Below, piece after piece: positions 11,393-24,347 of a stretch of DNA of 64,000 bases. The notes under the pieces are model-generated. The model saw only the letters and a list, made by a program, of their open reading frames with translations. It was not told the origin of the DNA and searched no databases. The position numbers were made by a program, and so were the translations under genes. Each line of letters begins with the position of its first letter. Position 1 is the stretch's first letter. The stretch is from the human T2T-CHM13v2.0 reference genome, Homo sapiens, in assembly GCF_009914755.1 (NCBI RefSeq), contig NC_060934.1, one strand, 5' to 3'.

Positions 11393-13920
11393 GGGTATAT
11401 TAATCAAGACAATGTGATGTTGGTGAAAGAATACACGAATAGATTAAAGGGACAAAATAGAGTCAAAAAATAGACCAATACATATACATTTAACTGATCT
11501 TTGACAAAGGAGCAAAGGCAATTAGTCTTGAGATAGTCTTTTCAACAAATAGTCAGCAAGGGCCTAGGGAGAGCCCAGACATTACACTCATCCAGCTACA
11601 ATGAGGCACAGTCATTTCTTCCACACAGTCAGTTCAGAGAAGGCCAAGTGGGAGCTGAAACTCTCATTCCCACCTAGTGGTGACTTGCGTCACACCCTAG
11701 ACTTCCACTTTCCTCTGGTGATAACAAGATGCCCCTTGGCCTCCCCACGGGGGTGGTGCCAGGGAAGGTGTAAGAGAGGGTCAGTACTTTTACCACCATG
11801 CAGTGGTAACAAGGCATCCCCTGACGTGTTGCATGAGGAGCAGTAATAAGGTGTCCCCGACCCTCCTAGCAAGGGTGGTGTCAGCAGAGGACTAGAGGGG
11901 AGCCAGAACAGTCACAACAAGATGCCCTCAAGGTTATCAAGAGAGACTGAGTGGGGGGTCTAGACTTCCATTTTTACCCGGAAGTAATGAAGCAGAGCCC
12001 TTCTGTCCATACAGTATCAGGGAACATCTGCTAAAAATGAAGCTCTAAGTAAGGTCCAGAGTCTCATATCATAGTACCCAAACATCTTGGATTCAGTCGC
12101 TATTGCTCATCATATCAAAAACCAGGAAAATCTCAACTTGAGTAAAAAAGACAACAGAAGCCAGTACCAAGATGATTCAGATGTCAGAATTATCTGACCA
12201 GGATTTTCGTGAGCAATGACAAGCACAATAAAAACAAAGACATAGAAAGGCTCAACAAAGAAATATAAAGAACCAAATGGAAATTTTAGAACTGAAAAAT
12301 ACAATAACCAACATTAGAAACACTATGGGTGGGCTCAACAGCAGAATGGAGAAGACTGAGTAGAGAATCCACGGATTGAGAAGAGAACAAGAGAAATGAC
12401 CCAATCGGACAACAGACATCAAAAGACATTTCTGTATCAAAGGGCATTATCAAGAAACTGAAAAGACAATCCACGGAATGGCAGAAAATATTAAATATTG
12501 GCAAATCATCAATCTGATAAGGGTCTAGTAACTGGAATACATGAAGAACTCCTACAATTCCTTAACAAAAACACCAACAATCCAATTTCAAAATGGGCAA
12601 AGGACTCAAATAGATATTTCTACAAATAATATATGTGAATGTTCATAGCAACATTATTTATAACCAAAAAGTGGAAACAACTCAGTGTCGATCAAGGGAT
12701 GAATGGATAAACACAATGTGGTCCATCCATACAATGGAACATTACTCAACCATAAAAAGAAATCAAGTACTGATACATTCTACAGCATGCATGAACCTTG
12801 AACACGTTATGCTAAAGTGAAAGAAGCCAGATGTAAAAGCCTACACATTGTGTAATTCCATTTATATGAAATATCCAGAATAAACAAATCCATAGAGGCA
12901 GAAAGTAGGTTTAGGTGCCATGCTTAATATGGAGTACTCACATGTAGGATGTCTACAAAGAAGTTTCAAAACTTAACAGCAGAAAGCAAACAATCCAATT
13001 AGAAAAATGAGCAAATGGCATGGAAAGACATTTCACTGAAGATACACACATCGCAGATAAGCACATGACAAGATGTTCAACATCACTGGCCATAAGGGGA
13101 AGGCAAATGAAGTCTATAATGAGATATCCCTCCCCACCTATATGACAGGAAAAAAAAATAAAGTGACAATACCAAATGCTTATGAGGATACAGAGAAACT
13201 GGATCTCTTCTAAGTTGATGGTGGGAATGTAAGTGGTACAGCCACTTCAGAAAAGAGTTTGTCAGTTTCTTTTTAAAAAAGAGAAAAACTAAACATACTC
13301 TTACTATACAACTGAGCAATTGTGCTTCTGTGCACTTATCCCAGAGGAAAAAAAATGAATATCCACACACAAAGCTGCATGTGAACGTGTGTGTTTTATT
13401 TGTAATAGCAGCTTTATTTGTGATAGCCAAAAACTGTTAAGTCAAAATGTCTTTCATTTGGTGAATGGTTAAACAAATTGTGGTATATTCATACCATGGA
13501 ATACTACTCAGCAATAAAGAGCAAACTATTGATACGTGCAACAGCTTGATTAGATCTCAAGGGCATTAGGCTGAATGAGAAAAACCAGTCTCAAAAGGTC
13601 ACAGCTTGTGAGACTGATCTCAGAGATAGTAGAAGCAGGGTGGTAGGGAGTAGAATGGGAGCTGGGGGAGATCTTTGTGGCGATAGAATAGTTTTGTATC
13701 TTGATTGTGGTAGTGGTTACATAAATCTACACAAGTATTACAATGGCATAGTACTTTACACACATATTGTACCAATGTCAAATGTCTGGGTTTGCCATTG
13801 TGCTGTAGTTAGGTAAGATATAATCACTGGGGGACACTGGAGGAAGAGTATAGGGACTTCTCTGTGCTCTTTGCAACTTCTTTGCAACTTTTTATCTGAC
13901 CATATATGAAAATTAAATGT
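11393..13920 (+). mobile_element. Patchwork of old L1 fragments (host ORF2 continuation, 5'UTR/ORF1-like piece ~11555-12400, L1MB-like 3' piece ~12410-12915, L1MC/MD 3' end)
   Basis: Recognisable L1M ORF2 and 3'UTR motifs (ttatgctaaagtgaaagaagccaga; gtatcttgattgtggtagtggttac). Subfamilies are tentative. Confidence 0.75.
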
Positions 13921-13929
13921 AAACAAAAA

Positions 13930-14340
13930 TATGCAACAGATTAGGAGAAAATATATATAATGGCAAAAGGGTTACTATTTACTCATCAATTAGAAAAAAA
14001 CAACTCTTTAATTTAAAAGTTAAGAAATAAACAGGTGAAAAAATACAACTACTCAATAAATATTTGAAAAGATTTGCTGTGTTTCTAGTAAATCAGGGAA
14101 AACAAAACAGCAATGAGAATTTATCAAGAGGGTCAAAAATTTAAATATTTGATGTTAGCAAGGTGGGGGCTGCAGACCAGGCCCTCTCATAACACCCATT
14201 AACATGGGAATTAAATTGGTATAGATTTTTCAGAGCCATCTATCAAAATTGAGAACATGTATTTGCCAAGTCCCAGCAATGCCAATTCTCTGCCTCCTAG
14301 GGAACATTTCTAAGCATATAGGAAATAGGATGCACAGAGG
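13930..14340 (+). mobile_element. L1ME-like fragment
   Basis: Degenerate L1 ORF2 3' motifs (aaaacagcaatgaga; ccatctatcaaaatt; cccagcaatgccaattct). Confidence 0.5.
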
Positions 14341-15499
14341 CGTGTTGCATGTGGATGTTGCTGGTGGGGCAGGTGGTACCTAGTACAAGGGTGGCCAGCG
14401 TCACTGAAATGCAGCCTTCAGAGGGATGCAGAAGCTGAACAGGCCTGAGAGTTCCCCCTTCACGGAGAGCATAGCCTTCTCTCCTCCTGCAGTGATGATT
14501 GAGGGATAAACCTCTGGCTGATGGGACTCAGGCAGGGCCAGGCCGTCCGTGGGTTCCCAGCCTAATGCAGGTTGAGAAGTGGCTTGCCCTGTCACAAACC
14601 CCACTGGGTGAATGCTTTGTTTAAAAATTTTCCTCTAGAAGTGAAGCAGCTTCATTCAGTCAAATTAATCCATCCAGAGCAGACCATTAAAAATACTGGT
14701 TAGTGAAGAGGGGGTCCTTAACTCACACTTGACAGACCCAGGAGACCTGCTGTAGCACAGATGGGAAATGGGAGACAGCCAAGGTGTGAGGGTGAAGGCT
14801 TGTCCAGAATCCCACTCCGAGTGGTTTCAGGGAGAGGACTCTGGTCTCAAGCTCTTCTCCTGGGCTTTATTTACCACATACCCCTCCTCAGGCCCTGAGT
14901 CAGGAAGTTGCTTCCCACAGTGATATCTACAAAGAGCTATACAGCCAGCTGGGATAAGGGATGAAGGTCAAACCGAAAGTGACTATTTCTGTGCAAAGAA
15001 TCAGAGAGAAAAATCTTATGGGCCCAACAGCAGTAGGTAATTGAGAAAGTGAGACTAAGAAAAGTCATAAAAGAAACGGTGATTCCTTATTAAACAATAT
15101 GGAAAAACTGTCCACTCCTGCCTATAATCCAAGGAGCTGCTAGTGGACGTGGTCTCGAGGCCCATTTTCATCCCTCAAGTGGGCTTCGATGATGAGCGCT
15201 CAGTGCCCATGAGGTGGCAATGACACTGTTCCTCTCAGAGACCTTACTTATGTGTGGCCAATTTGCGACAGCTGATTTGTAAAGCAGTTTGGCAATCTGT
15301 ATCAAAAGCCAAGGGATGTCCATTCCTGCCATCAGGGTCTTCCTCTTCTGGGAATTGATGCCAAGAACATAATTGACAAAGATGTATATTCAAAGATATT
15401 TGCCATGGTATTATTTGTAACAATGAATAAAGGCAATGCCAAATGTCAGTGGTCTTTGGGTTTCTCTCTGCCCTGGCTCCCTCTTCAAATCACTCTACA

Positions 15500-16050
15500 T
15501 GCTCCAAAGTTACCAACCATCAGTCCATCCCCTCCACAGCCATGTCTTAAGCTCAGACCCGTTTCTTGAGCTCCTGCTTGGTGATCCCAGGATGTCCTTT
15601 AGACAACCCCCTTAGATGTAGAGAGCTGAATTCACCTTCCCCCCACCTCCTCCTCTTTCAACCTCTCTTATTTGAATACAGCAAATGGCATTCCCACCAC
15701 CTAACCCCTCAAGCCAAACATTCAGACGACATTTTTGTCTCCTTCCCATCCCTCAACTTCCCAGCCCGTTAATCACCATCTCCAAAATCTCTCTAAAATC
15801 CGCCTGTTTCTCTCCAACCCCACCACCACTGACCTGGTCTAAGCCACCAGCACCCTCCCCTGAATGACCACTGAAATGTAAATTCTACAAAATGGTTTCC
15901 TACAACCATACCTTGCCCCTGCCCTGATCCATTCTCTGTCTTGCAGAGTCCTCTTCCTAAAACACAAATCTGACCATGTCACACCTCGTGAAAACTTTCA
16001 GCCACTTTCTATTCTCCAAAGGATCAGCTCAGATCCTGAGCAAGATTTGC
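15500..16050 (+). mobile_element. L2 LINE fragment
   Basis: CT-rich L2 motifs (aaaacacaaatctgaccatgtcac). Confidence 0.65.
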
Positions 16051-17225
16051 AGGACCTCAGGCCCACCGCTTTGGACTGATCTCTAGCAGCTTCCTCTTTC
16101 CCCCATGGCCTTTTTCCAGCCTTAGACGCACCACAACCCCCTTGCCTCCTGTCCTTCTGCAGGCTCTGTGGGGACACTCGCATCTGGAGCTCCTTCTTCC
16201 CCCACTGGCTGAATGACTCAGTAAATTAACAAGTGAATACTTCAGATGCTGCCTGCACTCTGGACTGGCATCATACAAAAATGATACTGATAGAAGAAAC
16301 AAAAGAAATTCCTAGATGGCACTTTTTTAAAATGTCTAATACATTTACTCTCCAGCCAGACACTGTTTAACCCATCTTGAATCTATTGAAGAGTGAGTTC
16401 TGACAGCTCAGCCTTGATCTGCCTCCTGCCTGGCACCAGCCCTCCTGGAACTGGTTCCTGTGCACCATCCTACACATCTCCTTCCTGCCTCCCTTCACTA
16501 CCTACTCTATTTCCAACAATGTTGGGCTATGATAGCTCAAGCAAATACAGGAATAAGGAGGCTTACAGCCAAGGCAAGAAAAAAAAAGGGAGGGCAGTTA
16601 ACAGTAGAGCTGCCAGCGACCAGTAAAAGGAAGCCTGAGGAATAGGAATCAGCCTCGAAAGCAGACTTCTGCCAGGAAAGCAGCTAAAAACACTGATATC
16701 TCAGGGTGAATACAATTCAGGAGGGGAATGAGAATAGAAAAGCATAGTGGCTGGAAGAGCAGGCTCCGAGGTCAGAGCTGGATTGATCCCACCTCACCGT
16801 GGGCAAGTTACTTCCTCTCTTTACTCGTTTATACCATGAGTTATTGTGTCTGGCATATGGCAGTTTTTCAATAAATCCTAGCTATTCATATTATGAATCC
16901 TGAGTATATGGAGAGGGCAGGGAATAGGCTAGAGACAAGCCAGCAAAACTGGGGTTTCAGACCAGAAATGACTTCACTAATGGAGCTGCAGGTAGCATTG
17001 TCCTGGGCTGCACACCGCAGCCCTTGCTATTCCTGAGCAGTTGAATTCATAGTCATCTATTCATGGTGTTCTTTTTAATAAGTCCAACATTTTGGTGAGT
17101 GACAGCTTCATCCCCAGAGAGAAGGAAGTATTCTTCCTAATTCTTCCTTCGTGCCCCCTTCATTTGCACCCATGAGTCATTTTCTCACCACTCTGTATTC
17201 TGCTCCTTAAACCTTTCTTGGATTC

Positions 17226-18100
17226 TGTGATATGCTGAAGAAGGCTCCTACTGGCCTGTGAGAGCCAATTGTTAAATTTCCAGAAATTTTGTAAGCTGGT
17301 CATTAAACACAGCCATTACCAAAAAGTATTATAAAAATCTCCAATTAAATAAGTTATATTAACAATATGTTGAAACTCACCATTTCCAAATTATTTTACT
17401 GCATTTTACTGTTGTCTGTGCTTTGGAACTTATTTAAATGAAATACATTTCTATGATGGAAATACTGTGTAATGGTGTGCTGGTGCACAGCCCTTCCACC
17501 TTTGTGTTCAGCGATATCACATTGGGAGCTTGTGATTGGCCATGGTGGTAGTATTTATACCACAAAAATTGGCAAAAGCTACAAATTAGGGCTTGGTTTG
17601 CTGTTTTTTCATTCCCTAAGAAAACTAAGAAAGTGATGGAGAAAATGTTCATGCAGATTAAACCTAAAAGTGTGTCGCGTCCATAGTTGTTACATTGTGA
17701 ATAACACAAAAATTGGGAAAACACTCTTCCAAATTCAAAAACTATGATCTGATCCAGCAGTCACTCATGTCATTGACAGATGAGTGAAGTTAAGACAATC
17801 ATCTTCATTGTTTCACTTTCTTCTTACTTGTCAATGTAAACAAAAATATCAACCAACATTCATATTGGAACTACATTCAGTGGTCAATTGCAAACAGGCT
17901 GACCAAGGGTATAAGAGTTCAGCAAAAATCAACAAATGCATGCTGTGAGAATCAAATGGCTATATAGAATTTGTAATAAAGAGTATTTTATATTTTATTA
18001 CTTGTAAATTGTGCAATATACATCCTTCATATCAGTAAAATTTATAATGAACTTATTAGATGCATATGTATTTGTTTTTGCTCACAGTGCTGGCAGCACC
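17226..18100 (+). mobile_element. MER63 (hAT-Blackjack) DNA transposon
   Basis: gagagccaattgttaaatttccagaaattttgtaagctggtcattaaacacagccatt...ggccatggtggtagtatttataccac match the recalled MER63 consensus. Confidence 0.75.
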
Positions 18101-18109
18101 AGCTTGGAG

Positions 18110-18733
18110 ACCTCCCCTTCTCTACATTCCACTGTTGTTTTCTTAGGTTAGGCCATCTGTCATCATTCCAGGTTTCATCCTCTCCAATCCCACACCCATA
18201 TTGCTACTAGATTAATCTTCTTAATATTAAATGCAGACACGACACATCCTTCATTAAAACTACCAGTGCCTATCTGGGACCTTCTGAGTGAACTCTGGGC
18301 CATAGAAGGCCTTCCTTGCTCTCCCCTGTTCACCTCTGCAGCCTCCTTTCTTATCAGATTCCCCTGTTCCCACTTTACTAAAGTTAGGCCAAACTGCCTG
18401 CTGTTCCCAGAGCATGCTTTACTTATTCATGCCACTGGGCCTTTGCATGTGCTTTTCTCTGCTTGGGATGCCTTTTCCAATCCCCCTGCTCCCAACTCCT
18501 GCTAGTGTTCGCTTAGCATTAAAGCCATGCTCAAGCAACACCTCTCCCAGGAGCCCGTGCCACCTCCATTTCGGCACTTGCTATCACCGCCAGTTTTCAT
18601 GCAGGTCCAGCATTCTGCCCCCCGACCCCCACTGTCCTACAACCTGGAAGATCCTCTGGGCTGGGGGAGACATCCCCAGCATTTGGCATGTGGCCCCAGG
18701 AGATACCAAGTAAGTTCTCGTTGAATTAATGAA
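18110..18733 (+). mobile_element. L2 LINE 3' end
   Basis: cctttgcatgtgcttttctctgcttgggatgcc...gttgaattaatgaa L2 tail. Confidence 0.6.
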
Positions 18734-19034
18734 CTACTTAATTGGTTTCAGCTACAGCCTATAGCAAATCACAGGATTTAGCCAGGAGAAATAGACACGA
18801 CTCATCTCTGAACTCAATTGTTGCTTTAAAAAAAAAAAAAAGTTGTTTACACTGTTGAAAACCTCAACTGAGTTTTTTCTTTCCTTTAAGCATACAAATA
18901 AAGCCAGGTGAATCATTTCTTTTCCATTGTTTTCTGGAAGTCAGCTAGGCATACCCTGAGTCTTCTTACTTTAAACCACTGATACTCTTTAAGCAATAAC
19001 CAAAACACTTGCTTCTGAAAGATAGTGACAGCCA

Positions 19035-19260
19035 TGATTTACTGGGCTACTCAAATGCTCCAAGTATGTTCTAAGTGCCTTACGCGTGTCACCCCATGAA
19101 TCCTCAGCAACATCGTAACGCATGGGGCATTATTATCCCCATTTTACAGGTAAGAAAAACGAGTCTTAGGAAAGTTAAAAGAGTCATTTGAATTTGCACA
19201 GATGCTGAATAGCAAAGCAGTGATTCAAACAAGGGGTGGTCTGATTCTAAAGTCCATGTT
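19035..19260 (-). mobile_element. MIR SINE
   Basis: attatccccattttacaggtaagaaaa core. Confidence 0.75.
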
Positions 19261-19484
19261 TTCTCTTCTGAGCCCATTCTTTATTGCTAAAAAACAAATA
19301 CAATGTCTATCAGGCTTAGCCAATGGCCTGGAACAAATAATACTCCAAATAATACCACAAAGGGCACTGACACAGGTCCTTGCCCAGCTGTGTTCTTCTT
19401 ATTCCGGATACCTAGACCCAGTAAGAAGTTTGCCCTTTCCCTGACCAGATTTATAGGAGAAAACTGAATGATGCCAAGGAATAC

Positions 19485-19509
19485 CTGCGTCCTTCGTTAA
19501 AGGCTGCAT
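19485..19509 (-). CDS. FRMPD2: FRMPD2 first coding exon, CDS part (MQPLTKDA + first base of Gly9)
   Basis: The minus strand reads ATG CAG CCT TTA ACG AAG GAC GCA G|gtattc. This matches the recalled FRMPD2 N-terminus MQPLTKDAG and ends at a phase-1 GT donor. The position ~32 kb upstream of and opposite to MAPK8 fits the known gene order. Exon 2 is not in the window. Confidence 0.93.
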
Positions 19510-19720
19510 CCAAAAGTCTCCGTGACCAGGTCTAGGCCTTCATCATGGGACAACTTTCCAACAAGGAGCAGGGGTCTCTTGCAAGTCTGTCCGCGGAGCT
19601 CCCTGCCACCAGCACTGTTGCCGCTGTCTTTGTTTACTGCTTGTCACTAAGCACTTGCTGCCCAGCGAGTGAGTCAACAAGGCCCCTTCCCTTTCCTGCC
19701 ACCACTCTCATTCCCTGGGT
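19510..19720 (-). other. FRMPD2: FRMPD2 exon 1 5'UTR / TSS region (upstream boundary approximate)
   Basis: Non-repetitive, moderately GC-rich sequence directly upstream of the FRMPD2 ATG. The exact TSS cannot be read from sequence. Confidence 0.65.
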
Positions 19721-20318
19721 CCTGCGCAGTCTCTGGCCTGTTAGCAGGCACTGCCACCCCAGCAGCCTGCGTCCTCAAAGCCAGTGACCCGTGAGAGAGC
19801 CAGGAAGAGCTCAAGTGGATTAGGTGCCACTGAAGGCAATGGGATTGCTGCTCAGCAGGGCTTTTACGCTGATGTCTCTTTATCTCCTGGCCCAATCAAA
19901 AGAAAGAGCTCTGCAAGGAACTGGGGGCAGCCCCAGAGCAGAGGCTTAGTGTCATCAACTCAAGAGTCCTCCATGCCCTTTCATAGTGTCAGACATTGGA
20001 CCTGCAACCAACAGGACAGGGAACCATGTGAAAGCAGCAGGAGGAAATGATAACCTGGATCTGTCTGTGAGAAAGCAAGAAAAATGTGGTTAGAGAAAGG
20101 GGGAAAGGAATTCTTACTCTTTCTGGTGCTTGGATTCAGAAAGGAACCAGCAGAGATGGGGAACAGCAAGAAGTAGATCATAGCTCTGTAGTAGAAGGGG
20201 CAAAAGAACAGATCTCTCAAGCCCTTTAAATCAATAGCAGTGTCAAAACTGAGACGTATTTATTTAAAAAGAAAACATGAGTTTTTGCCTGACTACAGAA
20301 TAAAATACTAAAATTTGA

Positions 20319-21000
<682 letters not shown>

Positions 21001-21404
21001 ATGGAATAGCCTAGTATGTTTCCTTTTATTACAAATAGGTACATAAAGACCAGGTATATTTACGTATATTTATGTATACATATTCTTTATACACTGTAGT
21101 ATATTAGAATATTATGTAGACATATTCTTGTGGTTCTGGAAGGAATCACAAGCAACTTAATAGTGGTTGCTAGGGGAAAGAGTTTTGGCTCATTATTTAG
21201 TCAGGAAAATTATTGTTCATTTTGGTATTTTTCCCCCTATAACCTTATGTTATATTACTTGAAAAAAACTAAAAAACACAATGTTTTACATTTTTTTCTG
21301 CTTAAAGCTATCTATATTGACATTCCCTGCTAGCTAGCAAAACATTTCACAATATCTGCAACAATCTTTTACTGTTTTTTCCAAACTTGTCTTCTCATCA
21401 GATT

Positions 21405-21520
21405 CAGCCTTGAAGACGATAAAATGCAGATTCCCAGGCACCACCCTGAATCTGCTGAACCTGAATCTCTGGGCCCGAGCCAGAGCATCTGTATTTTCAG
21501 CAAGTGTCCAGGTAATTTTT
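21405..21520. mobile_element. MER5-type hAT-Charlie MITE
   Basis: aaaatgcagattcccaggcaccacc...gaatctctggg...atctgtattttcagcaag. Confidence 0.65.
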
Positions 21521-21930
21521 ATTTAGTAATTTTTTCAGGCTGACCACGCAACCTTTCTCCCAGAAGAAGAAAGTTGACTTCTCCAGTCATGTGGCTCGTT
21601 CACAACAGAACAAAAAGCAACACCTAAGTCATCTGCCAACAGGTAAATGCTGGTCTGCTTAAAGTCACCACCACTTTCACTTTTTCTGTTAAAAATACTA
21701 GCAGTAACCCCCTTCTATTGTTGCTCTGCTAACATTTCATTAAGTCCATTTTTTTGCATAAAAATTTTATCAATGTGTTTTTGTTTTTCAAGTTATCAAA
21801 GCTAATAGTTTCTCTCTGAGTTATCTCTGTGTCATTCCCTATATAATTTTGTTATATTTTATATATTTTTATTTTTTAAGGTTATTTTCCTGTCAAAATT
21901 CTTTATTGCGTATGATCATTTAAAAAAAAA

Positions 21931-23832
21931 ACTTTATTTTAGGTTCGAGAGTACATGTGAAGTTTTGTTACAGAGGTAAACTCATGTCATGGGGGTTTGT
22001 TGTACAGATTATTTCATCACCCAGATATTAAGCCCAGTACCCAGTAGTTATTGGTTCTCTGTCTACTCACACCCCCCCAACCCTCAGGTAGACCCCAGTG
22101 TCTGTTGTTTCCTTCTTTGTGCTCATAGTTCTCACGATCCAGCTCCCACTTATAAGTGAGAACATACTGTATTTCATTTTCTGTACATGAATTAGTTTGC
22201 TAAGAATAATAGCCTCCAGCTCCATCCATGTTCCCATGAAAAACATGATCTCATTCTTTTTTATGGCTGCATAGTATTCCATGGAGTATGTATACCACAT
22301 TTTCTTTATCCAATTTGTCATTGATGGGCATTTACATTGATGCCATGTCTTTGCTATTGTGAATAGTGCTGCCATGAACATAAATGTCCATGTGTCTTTA
22401 TAATAGAACAATTTATATTCCTTTGGGTATATACCCAGTAATGGGATTGCTGGGTAAAATGGTATTTCTGTCTCTAGGTCTTTGAGAAATTGCCACACTG
22501 TCTTCCACAATGGTTGAATGAATTTACATTCCCACCAACAGTGTATAAGTGTTCCCTGTTATTTGCAACCTTGCCAACATCTGTTTCTTTATACATATTT
22601 TATTAATAGCCATTCTGACTGGTGTGAGATGGTATCTCATTGTGGATTTGATTTGCATTTCTCTCATTATCAATGGTGTTGAGCTTTTTTCATACACTTG
22701 TTGGCCGCATGTATGTCTTCTTTTAAGAAGTTTCTGTTCATGTCCTTTGCCCACTTTTTAATAGGGTCGTTTGTTTTTCTCTCGTAAATTTGTTTAAGTT
22801 CCTTATAGATGCTGGATATTAGACTTTTGTCAGATGCATATTTTGCAAATATTTTCTCCCATTCTGTAGGTTGTCTGTTTACTCTGTTGATAATTTCTTT
22901 TGCTGTGCAGAAGTTCTTAAGTTTAATTAGATCGCACTGTCAATTTTTCCTTTTGTTGTGATTGCTTTTGGTGTCTTTGTCATGAAATCTTTGCCAGTTC
23001 CTATGTCCTGAATGGTATTGATTGCCTAGGTTGTCTGCCAGTGTTTTTATAGTTTCTGGTTTTACATTAAGTCCTTAATCCATCTTGAGTTAATTTTGTA
23101 TATGGTGTAAGGAAGGGGTCCAGTTTTAATATTCTGCATGTGGCTAGCCAGTTATCTCAGCACCATTTATTGAACAGGGAGTCTTTTCCTCATTGCTTGT
23201 TTTTGTCAGCTTTGTTGAAGATTCACATGGTTGTAAGTGTACAGCCTTATTTCTGGGCTTTCCATTCTGTTCCATTGGTCTATGTTCCTGTTTTTGTACC
23301 AGCATCATGCTGTTTAGGTTACTGTAGCCCTGTAGTATAGTTTGAAGTTGGGTAACTCAATGTCTCCAGCTCTGTTCTTTTTGCTTCAGATTGCCTTGGC
23401 TACTCAGGCTGTTTTTTGGTTCCATATGAATTTTAAGATAGTTTTCTTCTAGTTCTGTGAAGAATATTGTTGGTAGTTTGATGGAAATAGCTTTGAATCT
23501 GTAAATAGCTTTGGGCAGTAAGGCCATTTTAATGACTTTGATTCTTCCTATCCATGAGCATGGGATGTTTTTCCATTTGTTAGTGTCTTGTCTGATTTCT
23601 CTGAGTAGTGTTTTGTAATTCTCATTGTAGCAATCCTTCACCTCCCTGGTTAGCTGTATTCCTAGGTATTTTATTCTTTTTATGGCAATTGTGAATGGGA
23701 TTGCCTTTCTGATTTGACTCTCGGCGTGGCTGTTGTTGGCATATAGGAATGCTAGTGATTTTTTTGTACATTGATTTTGTATCCTGAAACTTTGCTGAAG
23801 TTGTTTATCAGCTGAAGGAGGTTTTAGGCTGA
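21931..23832 (-). mobile_element. L1PA15/16-like 3' portion
   Basis: Reverse 3'UTR and ORF2 (ORFs 22067-22510 WKTVWQFLKDLETEIPF..., 23357-23641 [14 protein letters not shown]). Confidence 0.9.
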
Positions 23833-24347
23833 TCGAAATCTTTGAGTTTATATATTTTTTAATTTAATTGCTTCACTTTCAAAAACTGTGTTTACTCCTA
23901 TTTATAGAGAGTTCTGGAAAGTGAGGTATATAATCAAGTGAAATTCAATAATAAATCCGATTGCCAGTTGTGCCCTTTTGTTTTCCAGAGAAACAGAACC
24001 AATTGGATATTTATTTATAAGGAATTGTCTCATGTGATTATGGTGGCTGAGAACCTCACAATCTGCCATCTGCAAGCTGGAGACCCAGGAAAGCAGATGA
24101 GATAGTTTCACTCTGAGTCTAAAGGCCTGAGAAACATGGTAAGTCCCAGTCAAAGAGCAGAAGACCAATGGCCCAGTGCAGTCAGCCAGAGAGAGAGAGA
24201 GCAAATTCTCACTTCCTCTGCTTTTGTGTTCTGTTCAAGCCTTCAACAGACTGGGTGATGCCCACCTACATTAGGGAGAGGAGTCTCCTTTACTTAGTCC
24301 ACCAACTCACAGGCTAATCTCACTGGGAAACAACCTTACAGGTACAC

